Positions 40,435 to 54,152 of a stretch of DNA of 62,000 nt are shown piece by piece. Source of the stretch: Chiloscyllium plagiosum (taxonomy: Eukaryota); the NCBI RefSeq assembly GCF_004010195.1, contig NC_057755.1, positions 9,339,306 to 9,401,305 on the forward strand. Reading direction: 5' to 3'. The position numbers and the translations under genes were made by a program. The notes beneath the pieces were generated by a model that saw nothing but the letters and a program-made list of their open reading frames with translations, had not been told where the DNA came from and ran no database searches. Within the stretch, counting starts at the first letter, position 1; each line of letters starts with the position of its first letter.

Positions 40435-40905
40435 TTCGTTTCAGCCTCTGCCCCTCCAAGAAACAGCACACTAGATTTTCTAGTCTGCTCTCATATCTCA
40501 TATCCTCTATCCAGGCAGCATCTGATAAAACTCTTCTAAACTCTCCCCACAGCTTCGATATCCTTCTTGCAATGTGGTGACCAGAGTGAACGCACTCCTC
40601 TCAGAATGGAGGAACCAAAGTTATACAAAGCTGCAACATGACACCCTGGCCCCTCTACTCAATTCCCCAAACAATAAAGACAGGAATGCAATATGCCATT
40701 GTCGTTACCTTATCACTTGCATGGCGACTGTGAAGGAGCTGTGGGCTCGAACTACAAGATTACTTTGGACATCAATGTTGTTCAGCGTCCTGCCATTAAC
40801 TGCATGCATTACCTTAACATTTCATCTCCTAAAGTGCAACGCCTCACACTTACCAGATTAAAATCCATATAATATTTCTCTGCCCATACTTGCAACAGAT
40901 CCATA
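40435..40905 (-). mobile_element. Decayed CR1 RT C-terminal fragment
   Basis: Reverse complement resembles CR1 KCEVLHFG/LE.C.QFWSP-region nucleotides (CCTAAAGTGCAACGCCTCACACTT, GTGACCAGAGTGAACGCA). Confidence 0.7.
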
Positions 40906-43413
40906 TCCTTTCAAATACAAAGGGGAGTGCAGTTAAAGTCAGAGAAGAGTGAATTCAGGTGAGATGAAAGAATCACGTTTTTTGCATAGAGAGTCGCAGG
41001 ATCTTGGGATGTGCAGCCAAGGATGGTGATGAGGCCAATATCATAGATGGGTGGGAAGGAGTTTTGGATAAGAACATGATCATGCAAAGCATATAGGAAT
41101 ATGGACCAAGGATACGCAGAAGAGATTAGCTTAATTTGGCATCATTTCTATGCTGCACTACTCTATGTTCTATGTCGGCTGTCAACTTATTATCAATGGC
41201 GTTAGCAAATTTGCAACTTTATCTCAATTGGCAGAATCACTAGCTCGCATTGTTGAGTAATGCAAAGCGAATAAGTTCAATTGGTGTTCTAGCTATATTT
41301 ACCATGACAATTTATCCTTGCCTCTGTCCTATGATGGTGACACTCAGGTTAAATCACCATCAGGTGCCTCTCTGTCATGAGAGTACAAAACTAGAGCAAC
41401 ATTATATTTGTATAACTTTGCAGCCAAGATAATGTTCTGTATGTAGATGTGTTTATTCATAATCTTCTGGACCACGCAAAGGTTTCATTAACATCTATAT
41501 TTTAGCTTAGCTGGAAGGAGATCCGGAGTCAACACCAATGGACTCTTTTGGAACCACTATGTATAGCATAAAATCTTGGCACCCTCTATCTCCTGTTCTC
41601 TTTTCTCAGCTTCTGTTTTCTCATTCACACTCAGCTTTTAACATCTCCCAGATTATGGGAATTTCATTCGCTGTGCATACTTTTATCCCTCTTTCACGTG
41701 CATTATTCCTTCAACTGACCGATATCATTCCATTTGCAATTGGCTTTTCCTTCCAATCTTTAATTAATGATTTTCACTTTTTTCCCACAGTTTTTCTCTC
41801 AAGCTAGATTTATTGCCTATTCCCAAGAGGACATATTGGAGGGCCACCCCTTAGACCAAGCTTCCCCCAATTCTTTTGTTAACTGCAGCACTTAATTTCC
41901 ATAAATCACTCTCCTGGTCAGGTCTTCTCTCACGCATAAGCTGAAAGGGAATTCCTTTACCAGCTACATCGAGTGATTCTGCCATTATACTTAATTTTTT
42001 CGCAGAAACAAATTTCAACTTTTCGTATCAATACTACAGAGTGAGAAATTTACCGAGGCTGCCTTGTTTTTTAAATTATCGCACAATTTCAACCAGCCCT
42101 ATCTGAAGGGTACTGGCGTATACCTGCCTGATCTAGATCACCTTTCCTGCCGCTTTATCTCCAGAACAATGCAGAATAGACCATGTCACCCAGCAGCAAT
42201 GGACAGCAATCTCATAATCATAAAAAATCTTACGTTATAGTGCTTGTCCACGTGGTTCATTTGATCCCATCAAATTACCAGACTCACTGGGCGAGGATTA
42301 GATAATCTGGCCGAACACAAAGTGTGGGCTGAAATATAAGTATTCGGCCTCTCTACCACTCCATTATGCTAGATTCAAACCCTCTGTCGCATATTCCGCA
42401 CATAGAAATGTTCCCTTTGTTAGGGTCTTAGTCACATCACAGAATTGTTGGCTTAATTAATACCTGACCACACAATAGTTTCGTGAACCTCTTTATTTTC
42501 GCTTAGCTGGCTAGAAGTCCGGAGTCAAAACGAGAGTAACGGTCAAGTTCTCACCTGAGGTACTGTCGACGGACCTCTGTCTGTGACTAAAACAGACCGC
42601 AAATCTCTCAACCCATGCGTTTTCCATGAGTCATAAACAGTTAAGCAGTGCAGTTAGCAACGTTCTGTTGAATAGAGGAAACAACACAAGCTCCAGCTGC
42701 ACAATTCAGTTTGTACAGCCAGAAACAGATTTTAAAATTGATGTTACATCGTTGTTTAAGCAAATCTTTTAATTATTGCTTCCCCAATAATGAATCACCT
42801 GCGCTCTGTTTGTTTGATTCTACCTCTGGGCGCAAACCGACGATGTTATCAAATTTACAGGTATGTGTTCATGACTAGAGAACATGGTGAAAAGTGAAAA
42901 ACGACTGTCCAAAATGAAATGAAGCACACAAATTCAATTCTATTTAAATTTAGAATGAAAGGTACAATGAAATTGTGCGTTGAAAATGCGTAATTTTCAA
43001 ACTGGCAGAATGTTCTTTGTTCAGGGTGCTTATTTCTGAAGAAATTAAACTGGATTTGAAACACAAAATGTGTTTTCTTTCCACGATCCTGCCAGATATG
43101 CTGATTTCCTTCAACATTTCTACTTTGTACTTGCTGTGTTCAATTTTTAGTGAAAAACGCTGAACGTTTTCATGAAACGAAACTGCTTCTGTAGTTTGGC
43201 TGTGATGTGAAGGTAATTAGAAATTACATGAACTTTAAATCATAACCTGGACGATAAAATATTCCTTAAGAATCATCCAAGCATACGATAACTCTGGCAG
43301 AATTGAAAACTGCCAAGTTATTTTGTAAACTTTATGGGCTGAGAGGAATTCGCCAAAACGCTAACCACACTGGTGTCAAATATCTCTCAGTCTATTGCTC
43401 TAGACTTTCAATA

Positions 43414-43765
43414 TCACAGAATAGAATCACAGAATCCCTACAGTGTGGAAACAGACCATTTTGGCCCACCAAGCCCACACCGATCTTCTGAAGAGCCTCT
43501 ACTCAGATCCATTCTCTGAACCTATTACTTTACAGTTCCCCTGACGAACGCATCTGATCTACATACCCCAGAACACGATCTACAATTTGTAAAGGAAAAT
43601 TCACTTAACCTGCACATGTTTGGATTGTGGGAGGAATCGGAAACATCGTAGGAAACCCATGCAGACAAGGGGAGAATGGGCAAACTCCACACAGACAGTC
43701 GCCCAGGCTGGAATCGTACTTGGTTTCTTGGTGTTCTGAGGCAGCAGTGATAACCACTGGGCCAC
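43414..43765 (-). mobile_element. V-SINE (HE1-like)
   Basis: Reverse-complement head (CAGTGATAACCACTGGGCCAC), V-domain and AGAATC tail. Confidence 0.82.
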
Positions 43766-44308
43766 AATCCAATCAGGGATGGCAAGTGACGTATAATTGA
43801 CTGCAGAAAAATAAATCACATGCATATTATTTGGTTTAAGCAATTGTCGGTTGCAATCAAATTAGTTTCGTTCAGGTTTCACGAGTTTTAAAATATTGCT
43901 TTATTCCATAATTTATCACATTGTTGCTGATTCGTGTGAACAACAATCCTCCTTTCTCTAATACTTGCTCGTCAACATATAACACATTTTAATTTCAATT
44001 TTGTTGAATACTTACAAACAGTTTTGATTCATGAATATGCTTGAGGAAACATCATCAGAGAAACAAATTCTGTCTGTACATTTAAGAAAAACGTTTGTCG
44101 CATGGTTAAATCACAACTGCAATTTTCACCTGGACTGTGACATCAGAGCTGCTTTCATAACGATTTGACGTAAAAACAATCAAGAATGAGGGACAGTAGT
44201 TTTATTTTCTCCCCATTCATCATCTTTATCCAGACATAATAAATTATCCTGGCATCATACAAGGGACGAGAAAAGAATCTATTTCTATCAGCTAACAGGT
44301 ATTCTTAA

Positions 44309-45213
44309 TCATCATCCTTTCATACCTAATAACTTTAAAATGTACGTTCAGGATGATTTGACAATATATACCAGGTCTTCTCTGCATTTCATCTGGGTCC
44401 CTGCACAAGTGCACGTTTTTGAACAGGGTCTCAAATACTTCAGCATGCCTCCAGCTTCGGCTGCAATATCTGTTGGATTTGTAATGTATCTTTGGTATTC
44501 ATTGATGCTTGTGATTCTGGTCATTGCAGAGGTTATCTCATTTGTCATCACAGTAGAATGAAACGTCCCGATACACCAAAGAGCAAAAACGATAGATTTC
44601 ATTACAATCTTTATCTCTGAATCATAAAGATTGTCAATTGCGTCGATCTGGATTGCTCTGCGTGTTTTCCTGTTCACGAGTAAATGTCTGTTTATCAATC
44701 TATTAATGAAGGCAATCAATATAAAAGGAAAACAGACACTCTAAAACCAGATGTACACCACTTCTGCAATTGAAGAAAGTAATGCCACACTTAGTTGGAA
44801 GTTCAATTTCACCTTGTTTAATAACTGTACAATTTCAGATGTAATGACAAATGGGGATATCCTTAATGAGCATGAAGTTACAGCTCACGATTATAACTGT
44901 GCGTGCACCTCGTATGGTACAAAACATTGTCTTAAACTTTGGACAGTAGATGATGACAATACAATCAAAAGTGAAGGGGACTGTGAATCAGACAAATGGA
45001 TTGAGCACAAGAAAAACCATGTTGCAATCAAATTTGTAATTTTGCTTATGAGACAGGAAAATAATGGAAAGTGATACGTAAAAATGTTATTAACTATTAT
45101 ATTATTGATTATAATCAGTAGGTCTGTTGTTGCCGTGGCAAGTATAAAGATAGAGGAGCACTTCAACAGGCCACAGTTTCTCTGCACAAGAATGACAATT
45201 GTCTTCAAGTTCG
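44309..45213 (-). pseudogene. GPR139-like GPCR exon-2 pseudogene (locus C)
   Basis: ANLKTIVILVQRNCGLLKCSSIFILATATTDLL; V*FTVPFTFDCIV (W to stop, DRY lost); IAAEAGGMLKYLRPCSKTC; frameshifts; acceptor reads GG. Confidence 0.9.
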
Positions 45214-46679
45214 CCCTAAGCACTACACAGGATTGGAACATTGACTCAATATTCGTTTTACTTGAATAAGAATACAGAAATCAGAATTCAATTGTAAACC
45301 ATGGGGCTCAACAAGCGGAAAAACCAAAATGTGGAATTTCCTGACTGCCTATAATGGCTTAGTTATTGGTAACTGAAATCTCGTCCAAATGTCAGACACA
45401 TTGACGAGTTGAGTTTCAGTTTGGGGACATGACAGTGTCAGTGTAATTGATAAGTTTAAAGAGGATTACATTAGGAAAGAAGTACCTGAAGTACATCAAT
45501 TGATGGACAAATTTAAAAATCTGTGCTGCAGTCCTATTGGAATATTTCGTTCTTCACAACTTTACAAAGCTGTATTGGTCCCGTTGGTGTGCAGAGAACA
45601 AGAAATAATTAGATACCAGATATGAAAAAAATTAGTCACCATGTTAATTGGAAGCAAATTGCATCATTATTTGTTGGGCGAAGTGATTTAGGAGACATGA
45701 AGTCAATATTTTGAGACCGTGAGACCATGGGTGAAAGTTCCATTATCAGGTTAGGTTCACGTTTAGCAAATTGTGTTAAATTTGATGCTGTACGTATCCC
45801 GTTGAGAGGACGAAGGCTAACCCTGACTTTGACTCTGATCCCAATCCTGTTTTATTTTAAGACATAAAAATGAAAGTCTATTAAATTAATTTGAAGAGAT
45901 GGTTGTTGAGTAAGAAATCAAAGTAATCTTTATAAAATGAAGAAGTAGGAGAAGGAGTTGATCGGTCAGGGCCTTCACCCTGTTCTGCTATCCATTACAA
46001 TCATAACTGCTGTCATCTTGGCCTCAATCCCGTCTTCCTGCAAATTCTCCTTAGCCCTTTGCCCCATTACTAATAGGATCGTGTCCATTTCCAGATTATG
46101 CTTATTCAATTTGGTCCCGATTTCCACCACACTCTGGGGGCATTGATTTTCATACATTTACAATCCTTTGAGATAAGTAACTTTTTCACGTCTATGCTGA
46201 ACCTCATCTTAAAAGGATGACTACTCGACCCAGTCGAGCCTATATGTGGAAACATCCTCTCCATAACTACTCATTCAATCCCCTTCAGCAATCCCCTTTG
46301 CATAACTCAGAATGACGGTGACTGCAGAAAGATTATTACTTCGGTGAGACAAGGACATTGTGGATAAATGCTTGACACCTGTGTAGTTGGACAATCTGCC
46401 AATGCATCGCGGAAATCTGTGAAACATTATCGCTTACCCAGAAGAGTGTTGGCACCCCGAGGGAATTCATGCAAATTCACAACAAACAATTAAACAGAAC
46501 TCAACAGGGAAGCCAACGATTGCAAGAATTGGATGATATATCTCCTGTGTCAGTGGAATGATCATTTGTTCCATCCTTCTGAGGTTATGTGTGTCGTGAC
46601 CGACTCAGCCAAGTGCACAAGGCCGAAGACCTACATGTATTTGATGGATTTGGGTGGTAGTGGGGGTAGGTTGGAGTTG

Positions 46680-47245
46680 AAGTGTACCACCACGGGTCGG
46701 TGGGTTATCGTGGTCTCTGTGAACACCCACCCGGACGTTTCACTTTTACCACCAGCATGGCTGAAAAATTCAAAAAGCCTCCCACAACAACAAGGACATG
46801 CAGATCATGGGCTTCCTCCACCGCCAAACCATTACCATCCAAACCATGGAGGAGAAACGCCTCATATTCCGCTTTTGGTCCCTGAAAACACACGGGATAA
46901 ATGTGGATTTCAACATCTTCCTCATTTCCCTTCCTCCCACATTATTCTAGTCCCAAGCCTCCAACTCGGCATCGCCCGCCTGACCTGTCCATCTCTGCCC
47001 CCTCGGATGTATCACCTTCACTCTCACCTTTATCCTCCTATTGCTTTCTCAGCTACCTTCCCCCTCAAGCCCACACCCTCTCCTTTATATGTCTCATTCC
47101 CTGGCCCACAAGCCCCACTCCTGATAAAGGGCTTATGCCCAAAACATCGATTCTCCTGCTCTTCGGATTCTGCCTGACCTGTTCTGCTTTCCCAGCAACA
47201 CAGTCTAGACTTTGTGATCCAGCATTTGCTATCCTCACTTTCTCC
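46680..47245 (+). mobile_element. Penelope-like element 3' end (GIY-YIG C-terminus and terminal repeat with decayed hammerhead)
   Basis: KDMQIMGFLHRQ...EEKRLIFRFWSLKTHGINVDFNIF resembles a PLE endonuclease C-terminus; CTGATAAAGGGCTTATGCCCAAAAC at 47121. Confidence 0.8.
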
Positions 47246-47810
47246 GTATGTAACCATATGTAGGCTGTTCGGTTCCTTGAGCCCTCGGCTCCTGGACCAT
47301 TGCGAATATAACTCTACTCATGTCTGCTATTCTAGCAACAGAGGAACTTAAGAACAAGAGTAGTCCTTTCAGCCCCACGAGCCTGTTGCATCTTTTATTG
47401 ATATCAGTACACGTCAGTGGACTCACTCCATATTTCTGCCTTTAACCCATTTCGCTTCCTATCTTTGCTCCACAATCAACAGTGAACTCAGAGTGAAAAT
47501 TAACATTTGAAACAACATCCGCTTTAATTTATGTACAGAAGCGTTTCTTAACATCTCTCCTGAATGCTGTGGCAATAATTCTCAGACTTTGCCCCTCGTC
47601 CTCGAAGCTGTGATCAGTGGAAGTACGGTTTCTATACCAAAACTATCTTCATATGTTGGTGTGTTCACGACTTTAATAAGATCACCTCTTAACTTTCTAA
47701 ACCATTGAGGTAACAGTCTTAATTTGTTAACCCCGTGTTATAATCCATGCACTTCAGTCATCATTCTACATTGTTCTGACGCCCAGATGAAGAGAGTCTA
47801 GTTTAGGCAT

Positions 47811-47987
47811 TAAGTTAAAAATCACACAACACCAGGTTATAGTCCAACAGTTTTAATTGCATCACCTGATGAAGGAACGTCGCTCCGAACGCTCGTGTGC
47901 TTCCAATTAAATCTGTTGAACTATAACCTGGTGTTGTGTGATTTTTAACTTTGTACACCCCAGTCCAACACCAGTATCTCCCAATCA
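47811..47987 (+). mobile_element. 177-bp hairpin PLE-derived element carrying a hammerhead core, with 12-bp TSD
   Basis: 46-bp inverted arms 47814-47859 / 47904-47949 (2 mismatches) enclose CAC-CTGATGA-AGGA..TCC-GAAC-GCTC-GTG; TSD TAGTTTAGG(C/T)AT at 47799-47810 and 47988-47999. Confidence 0.85.
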
Positions 47988-48489
47988 TAGTTTAGGTATG
48001 ATATCCACAGGTGGTCTGTACTTTAAGTTACGTATAACCAGGATTTTCCATTACTGTTAGATGACTCCAGTCTTCTTAAACACCAGCTGTCTCGCGATGA
48101 AGGGCGGAATTTCATGAGCCAGATTTTTTCTGTACCTGTTAGTCCCTTTTTAAAAATATAATATATAGCTGAACTCCAACTCTCATAATTATTTGCCAAA
48201 TTAATGAAAAAAAAGTTTAGAGTAAGTTTACTTTAGAAGCCGTTCAGTTTGATAATTGTACATTTGACAAGACAAGAGGAGAGACTGGCAGAAGTAACAT
48301 TGTGACTTTCATGGAGGAAGGCAGAGGCGTTTGGTGATGCGAGACAATGAACTGAATGGACTTTGTACTGATTTTTTTTCACGCACGAGTACTATATATA
48401 TAGTTGTGTATTAATAAAATTAGGCTTTTTTGTTTTAAAATCATAGGTATCTAGGCATATTGGTTGTTTACCTTTTTCAGCAAGGAGGC

Positions 48490-49156
48490 GTGATGATATC
48501 ATGACTTACAAAGATATATTTTGTCCTTTTTCATGAAGAAAGCTTCAGACAGAGGCGTGAAGGGCCTTTCCAATACCAGTAAAATAAATCGTTTTGCGAG
48601 GGCTTATTTTACCTCGGTTGGAATAAGAGAAGCTGCGTGAGTAGCTGGGATCAAGCTCTCATAGAAACCGGAATAATAAGTTTGGCTTTCTGCTGTTTTG
48701 GGGATCCTGAAGCTACTACTCTTTTGTCTGTTGCAGCTAAAATCTGGGTTTCTCATCCTGTTGCTAGAATTACGTGCAAGAGAATCTTTTTTAATAAATT
48801 TGCCTTTGCCACATATGTGTCAAAGAAAGTTTTGATAATGGAACAATTACTATGCCGTTATTATTTAGTTATGTATATTTTTCTTATATATATTGTATGT
48901 ACGCACTTCCATACAAGCATATATATTATATTTTGACTAAATATTCCGATGGAAGTAGAGTTATGACAATTTTATTCTGTTTTTTTTTCATTTAATTTGC
49001 ATGTCAACTGTAGTGTAAAAAGAAACCATATTTTTCCCCAGCAGTTTTAACAGTCAACTTTCGTTTGAAAAGAAATGCAGCACACTTGCGTTTAAAGCAA
49101 AAAACAGCTTTGGGAATGCATGATTGTCTTAATATATTTTAGTTCTGTTCATAACA
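48490..49156 (+). mobile_element. Decayed Gypsy-type LTR
   Basis: Follows purine-rich AGCAAGGAGG and ends CATAACA; paralogous to 60908-61527 and 7449-7850. Confidence 0.65.
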
Positions 49157-49391
49157 GATGGAACATTTTTGTATGAAGAGAAATATCATGAACTGCCAGC
49201 CATGACTAGACCAATGTGAAAATGTGGAAGAACATAGATGTCACATTCGTGGTCAAGACATTAAAGAATGGTGAACACTTCTTTTTTCTCACTCTACGTT
49301 ATACATTTATAGGAAGGCATCGTAAGAATATGTCAGTATCATTGAACGCATGCATGAGCTTGCATTTCATTCTGTCAACAGGCATTCTTAA

Positions 49392-50240
49392 TCATCTTCC
49401 TTTCGTATTTAACAACATAACAACGCCAACACAGGATACTTTGAGAATTTTAATTATCTTTTCTCTGAATTTCTTCTTTGTCACCATGCAAATGCGCGTG
49501 TTTGAACAGGAACTCAAAAACCTCAGCACAGCTCCAGCTTCATCTGCATAGAGGCTAGATTTCCAAAGTCTCTTCGGGAATACCAGAGGTTTATGAATCT
49601 GGTTGTCAGATTGGTCGTTGCAGTTCGATTCTTCACCTCGGGATCACATTTATTGTCAATTATGTGACTGCAATGTCCTCTCGGGGTTTTACCTTTTATT
49701 ATTATATGTTTTATTTTCAATGCATTAAATAAAGCAATTAAAATGAAAGGAAAACAAACTAAACAGATGCTTTAAAAACATGTACAATATTCCTGAAATT
49801 GAGGGAAAGTGTTTCACACTTGCCTGGCAATTCTATTTCATTTGTTAGTAATGCGTTCATGTTTGCATGGAATGATAATGGAGATATCCTTAATAAGCAG
49901 GAAGGTGCAGCTCATACCAGCAACCACGTCTGCAAATCGCACCGTGCTATAACTTGTTTTATTCTTTGGACAGCCGATGAAGACAAAACAAAGAAAAGTT
50001 AATGTGATAGTGAGCCAGTCTGAAAAAATCGAGCACAAGACACGACATCTAGAAGTTAAACTTTAAAATGTGCGTATGGGACAGAAACGTCGACAGAATA
50101 TGACACGTAAAAATTCTACAAACTATGCCATTGTTAATTCTGACGAGCAGGTCTGCTGCTACCACAGCAAGCATATAGGTAGAGATGGAGTTCGAGAGGC
50201 CAAACTTTCCGAGCAAAACATTCAGTCTTCATCATGTTCG
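49392..50240 (-). pseudogene. GPR139-like GPCR exon-2 pseudogene (locus D), TM6 region deleted
   Basis: YMLAVVAADLL, DWLTITLT, DPEVKNRT joined directly to ECL3, LRFLSSCSNTRICMVTKKKFRE; frameshifts; acceptor CAA. Confidence 0.88.
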
Positions 50241-50374
50241 TTGGGAACAAGACACAGGAGAGAAATATTGACTGAATTTTTTTTTTCTCTCTCGAATAAC
50301 AACACTGGAATGAAATTTGAATTGTTAACCAAGTGCATTTGTCAGGCTTAATTTGATCTGTCGTGGCAGAGCAA

Positions 50375-52000
50375 TCAGAACATGCATTACAGTGATGAAC
50401 AGGCTCTTCGGCACTTGATGTTGCGCCAACCTGAATAAAAAATCTGAAACTCATCTCTCCTCCACTGTTCCATGTTCATACATATGTTCATCCAGTAAGA
50501 ATTTAAATACCCTGAAGGTTGGCGTGTCTACTACTGGTGCAGGCAGTACCTTTGCGACCATATTACTTACTGAGTAAATTGACTACCACCCCTCAATTTA
50601 AAGCTACGTCCCCTTGACCAAGCCATCTCTGCCTCAGGGAAAGCACTCGCACTGACCCTCTTATCTAAAACTCTGATTATCTTATGTGTCTCAACTATGG
50701 CACCTCTCAACCTTCCTCTCAGTAACAAAAACAGCCTCAAGTCCCTCAGCCCCTCCTATATCATGCAATTTCCTCATAAATGTCATCTGAACAAGTTCCA
50801 AAGCTTCTGCATCCTTCGTATCATGTGGTGAGCAGAACTGCATGCAACACTCCAAGTGGAGCTGCACCAGAGTTTTGTACAGTCACAACGTGACCTCGTG
50901 CATCCAAAACTCAAACTATCTATTAATAATAGCTAACATACTGTATACCTTCTTAACAACCCTATCAACCTTGGTGTCAACTTTCAGGCGTCTATGTGCA
51001 CAGACACCGACATTTCTCTGCTCATTTACACGACGAAGAACCTTACCATTAGCTCAATACTCTTTATTCCTGTTGCTCCAGATAAAACGAATTCCCTCAC
51101 GCTTTTATGCATCACACTCCATTTGCCATCTCTCATCCCAGCTCTGCAGTTTATCCATCACCCTCTGTAACCTGCAACATCCTTCACCGCTATCCAGAAA
51201 TCCATCACCCTTGGGGTCATCCGCAAATTTACTAACCCATCCTTCTACTCCATCATCGAGTTCATTTGTAAAACAAATGCCAATCAGCAGTCGACCGAAA
51301 ACAGATCCTTGTGTTACACCTGTAGTAACTGAACTCCAGGATGAATATTTCCCATCAAACACCGCTCTGTCTTCTTGCATCTAACGAATATCTGATCCAA
51401 ATTGGTAAATAACCATCAATCTCATGCCTCCATATTTTGTGCACTCTCCTACCGTGGGGAAACTTATCAAACGCCTTAGCGAAATCCATATACACTACAC
51501 CAACCACGAAATCCTTATGCATCTGCTTGGGCACTATCTGCTTGGCACAGTGGTTAGCACTGCTGACACACATTGCCAGGGACCCAGGATTGATTCCTGC
51601 CTCGGGCGACTTCTGTGTACAATTTGCACATTCTCCCTGTGTCTGCGTGGGCTTCCTCCCAAGATGCAAAAATATGCAAGCCATGTGAATTGACCATGAT
51701 AAGTTGCCTGCACTGCTAGGTACATTAGGCAGAGGAAATGTTAGGCAGGGGACATTTACATTTTCCATAATTACTAACAACTCTTCCTTCTGAACCTCAA
51801 TCCCGTCCAATCTACTCACCAGTTTCTCAATATTCTCTTCGACAAGAACTTTTTTTTTTACTTGCGTGAATACTGACGAAAAATATTCATTTCACGCTTC
51901 CCCATCTTCTCTGACTCCATGTAGAACTTCACACTACTATCTTTGATTGGGCCTAATCTCTCTCTTGTCATTATTTTAGTCCTGATACACATATACATAG
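50375..52000 (-). mobile_element. CR1 fragment with inserted V-SINE (about 51543-51750, +); copy 1 of a local triplication
   Basis: VTTGVTQGSV, SKFADDPK and YMDFAKAFDKFPH; 50321-50876 identical to 52001-52556. Confidence 0.88.
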
Positions 52001-52054
52001 ATTGTTAACCAAGTGCATTTGTCAGGCTTAATTTGATCTGTCGTGGCAGAGCAA

Positions 52055-53225
52055 TCAGAACATGCATTACAGTGATGAACAGGCTCTTCGGCACTTGATG
52101 TTGCGCCAACCTGAATAAAAAATCTGAAACTCATCTCTCCTCCACTGTTCCATGTTCATACATATGTTCATCCAGTAAGAATTTAAATACCCTGAAGGTT
52201 GGCGTGTCTACTACTGGTGCAGGCAGTACCTTTGCGACCATATTACTTACTGAGTAAATTGACTACCACCCCTCAATTTAAAGCTACGTCCCCTTGACCA
52301 AGCCATCTCTGCCTCAGGGAAAGCACTCGCACTGACCCTCTTATCTAAAACTCTGATTATCTTATGTGTCTCAACTATGGCACCTCTCAACCTTCCTCTC
52401 AGTAACAAAAACAGCCTCAAGTCCCTCAGCCCCTCCTATATCATGCAATTTCCTCATAAATGTCATCTGAACAAGTTCCAAAGCTTCTGCATCCTTCGTA
52501 TCATGTGGTGAGCAGAACTGCATGCAACACTCCAAGTGGAGCTGCACCAGAGTTTTCTACAGTCACAGCGTGACCTCGTGCATCCAAAACTCAAACTATC
52601 TATTAAGATTAGCTAACATACTGTATACCTTATTAACAACCCTATCAACCTTGGTGTCAACTTTCAGGCATCTATGTGTACAGACACCGACATTTCTCTG
52701 CTCATTTACACGACGAAGAACCTTACCATTAGCTCAATACTCTTTATTCCTGTTGCTCCAGATAAAATGAATTACCTCACGCTTTTATGCATCACACTCC
52801 ATTTGCCATCTCTCATCCCAGCTCTGCAGTTTATCCATGCCCCTCTGTAACCTGAAGCATCCTTCAGCACTATCCAGAACACCATCAACCTTAGTGTCAT
52901 CCGCACACTTACTAACCCATCCTTCTACGCCATCGTCTCGTTCATTTATAGAAAAAAATGCCAAACAATAATGGCCTCAAAACAGATCCTTCCGGTACTC
53001 CTGTAGTAACTGAACTCCAGGATGAACATTTCCCATCAAACACCGCTCTGTCTTTTTGCAGCTAACCAATATCTGATCTAAATTGGTAAATGACCATCAA
53101 TCTCATGCGTCCGTATAGTGTGCACTATCCTACCGTGGGGAAACTTATCTAACACCTCAGTGAAATCCATACACACTACATCAACCATTATATCCTCATC
53201 CACCTACTTGGTCAACATCACAAAT
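52055..53225 (-). mobile_element. CR1 fragment, copy 2 of the triplication
   Basis: 1680-bp offset repeat of copy 1. Confidence 0.88.
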
Positions 53226-53230
53226 AACAA

Positions 53231-53535
53231 TGGGCGTCACGGTGGCTCAGTGGTTAGCACTGCTGCCTCACATTGCCAGGGACCCGGGATTGTTTTCTGC
53301 CTTGGGAACTGTCTGTGTAGAGTTTGCACATTCTCCCTGTGTCTGCGTGGGTTTCCTCCCACAATTCAAAAATGTGCAGGTCAGGTGAATTGGCCATGTC
53401 AAGTTGCCCGCACTGCTCAGTACATTAGATAGGGGCAAATTTAGGGTAGAGGAACGGGTTTGATTGGGTTACCCTTCAGTGGGTTTCTTTTGGACTTGTT
53501 GGGTGGAAGTGCTTGTTTTCATACCTTCGCGACCC
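53231..53535 (+). mobile_element. HE1-like V-SINE
   Basis: GGTGGCTCAGTGGTTAGCACTGCTGCCTCAC head and V-domain. Confidence 0.85.
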
Positions 53536-53609
53536 TACTCATCGAATCTAACACAATATGTTTTGTGCGGCAAGACCAACGATTCACAAAACCGTGTTAT
53601 CTGTTATGA

Positions 53610-54152
53610 ATATATGTTTTGTTTTCAATGCATTAAATAAGGTAATTAAAATGAAAGGAACCCTAACTAAACAGATGCTGTAAAACTACACGTACAATAT
53701 TTCTGAAATTGAGGAAACAAATTATTACACTTGTCTGGCAGTTCCATTTCATCTGTTATTAATGTGTTCATGTTTGGATGGAATGATAATAGTGATATCC
53801 TTAATAAGCATGAACGTGCAGCTTATACTTGTAACCATGCCTGCAAATCGCTCCGTACTATAACTTGTTTTAATCTTTGGACAGCAGATGAAGACAAAAC
53901 AAACAAAAGCGAATGTGACAGTGAGCCAGTCTGAAAAATGGAGCAAAAGACAAGCCATCAAGAAATGAAACTTAAAAATGTGTGTATGGGACACAAACGT
54001 AAACAGAATGTGATACATAGGAATTCTATAAACTATGACATTAGTAATTATGACCAGCAGGTCTGCTTCTGCCACAGCAAGCATATAGGTAGAAATGCAG
54101 TTCGAGAGGTCAAACTATCCGAGCAAAAGATTCACAATCTTCATCATGTTCA
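53610..54152 (-). pseudogene. GPR139-like GPCR pseudogene, TM1-TM5 only (locus E; close paralogue of D)
   Basis: MLAVAEADLLVIITNVIVYRI, DWLTVTFAF and ICCPKIKTSYST; nucleotide match to 49706-50320; acceptor CAA; no TM6/TM7. Confidence 0.87.

Noticed and set aside
42548..42620. Candidate first exons for pseudogenes (GTGAG donor here; GTAAG at about 46434)
   Set aside because: In-frame stops or no similarity to the IYYPILA TM1 motif.
46533..47177. 214-aa ORF as a host gene
   Set aside because: Off-frame read-through of a Penelope-like remnant and its pyrimidine-rich UTR.
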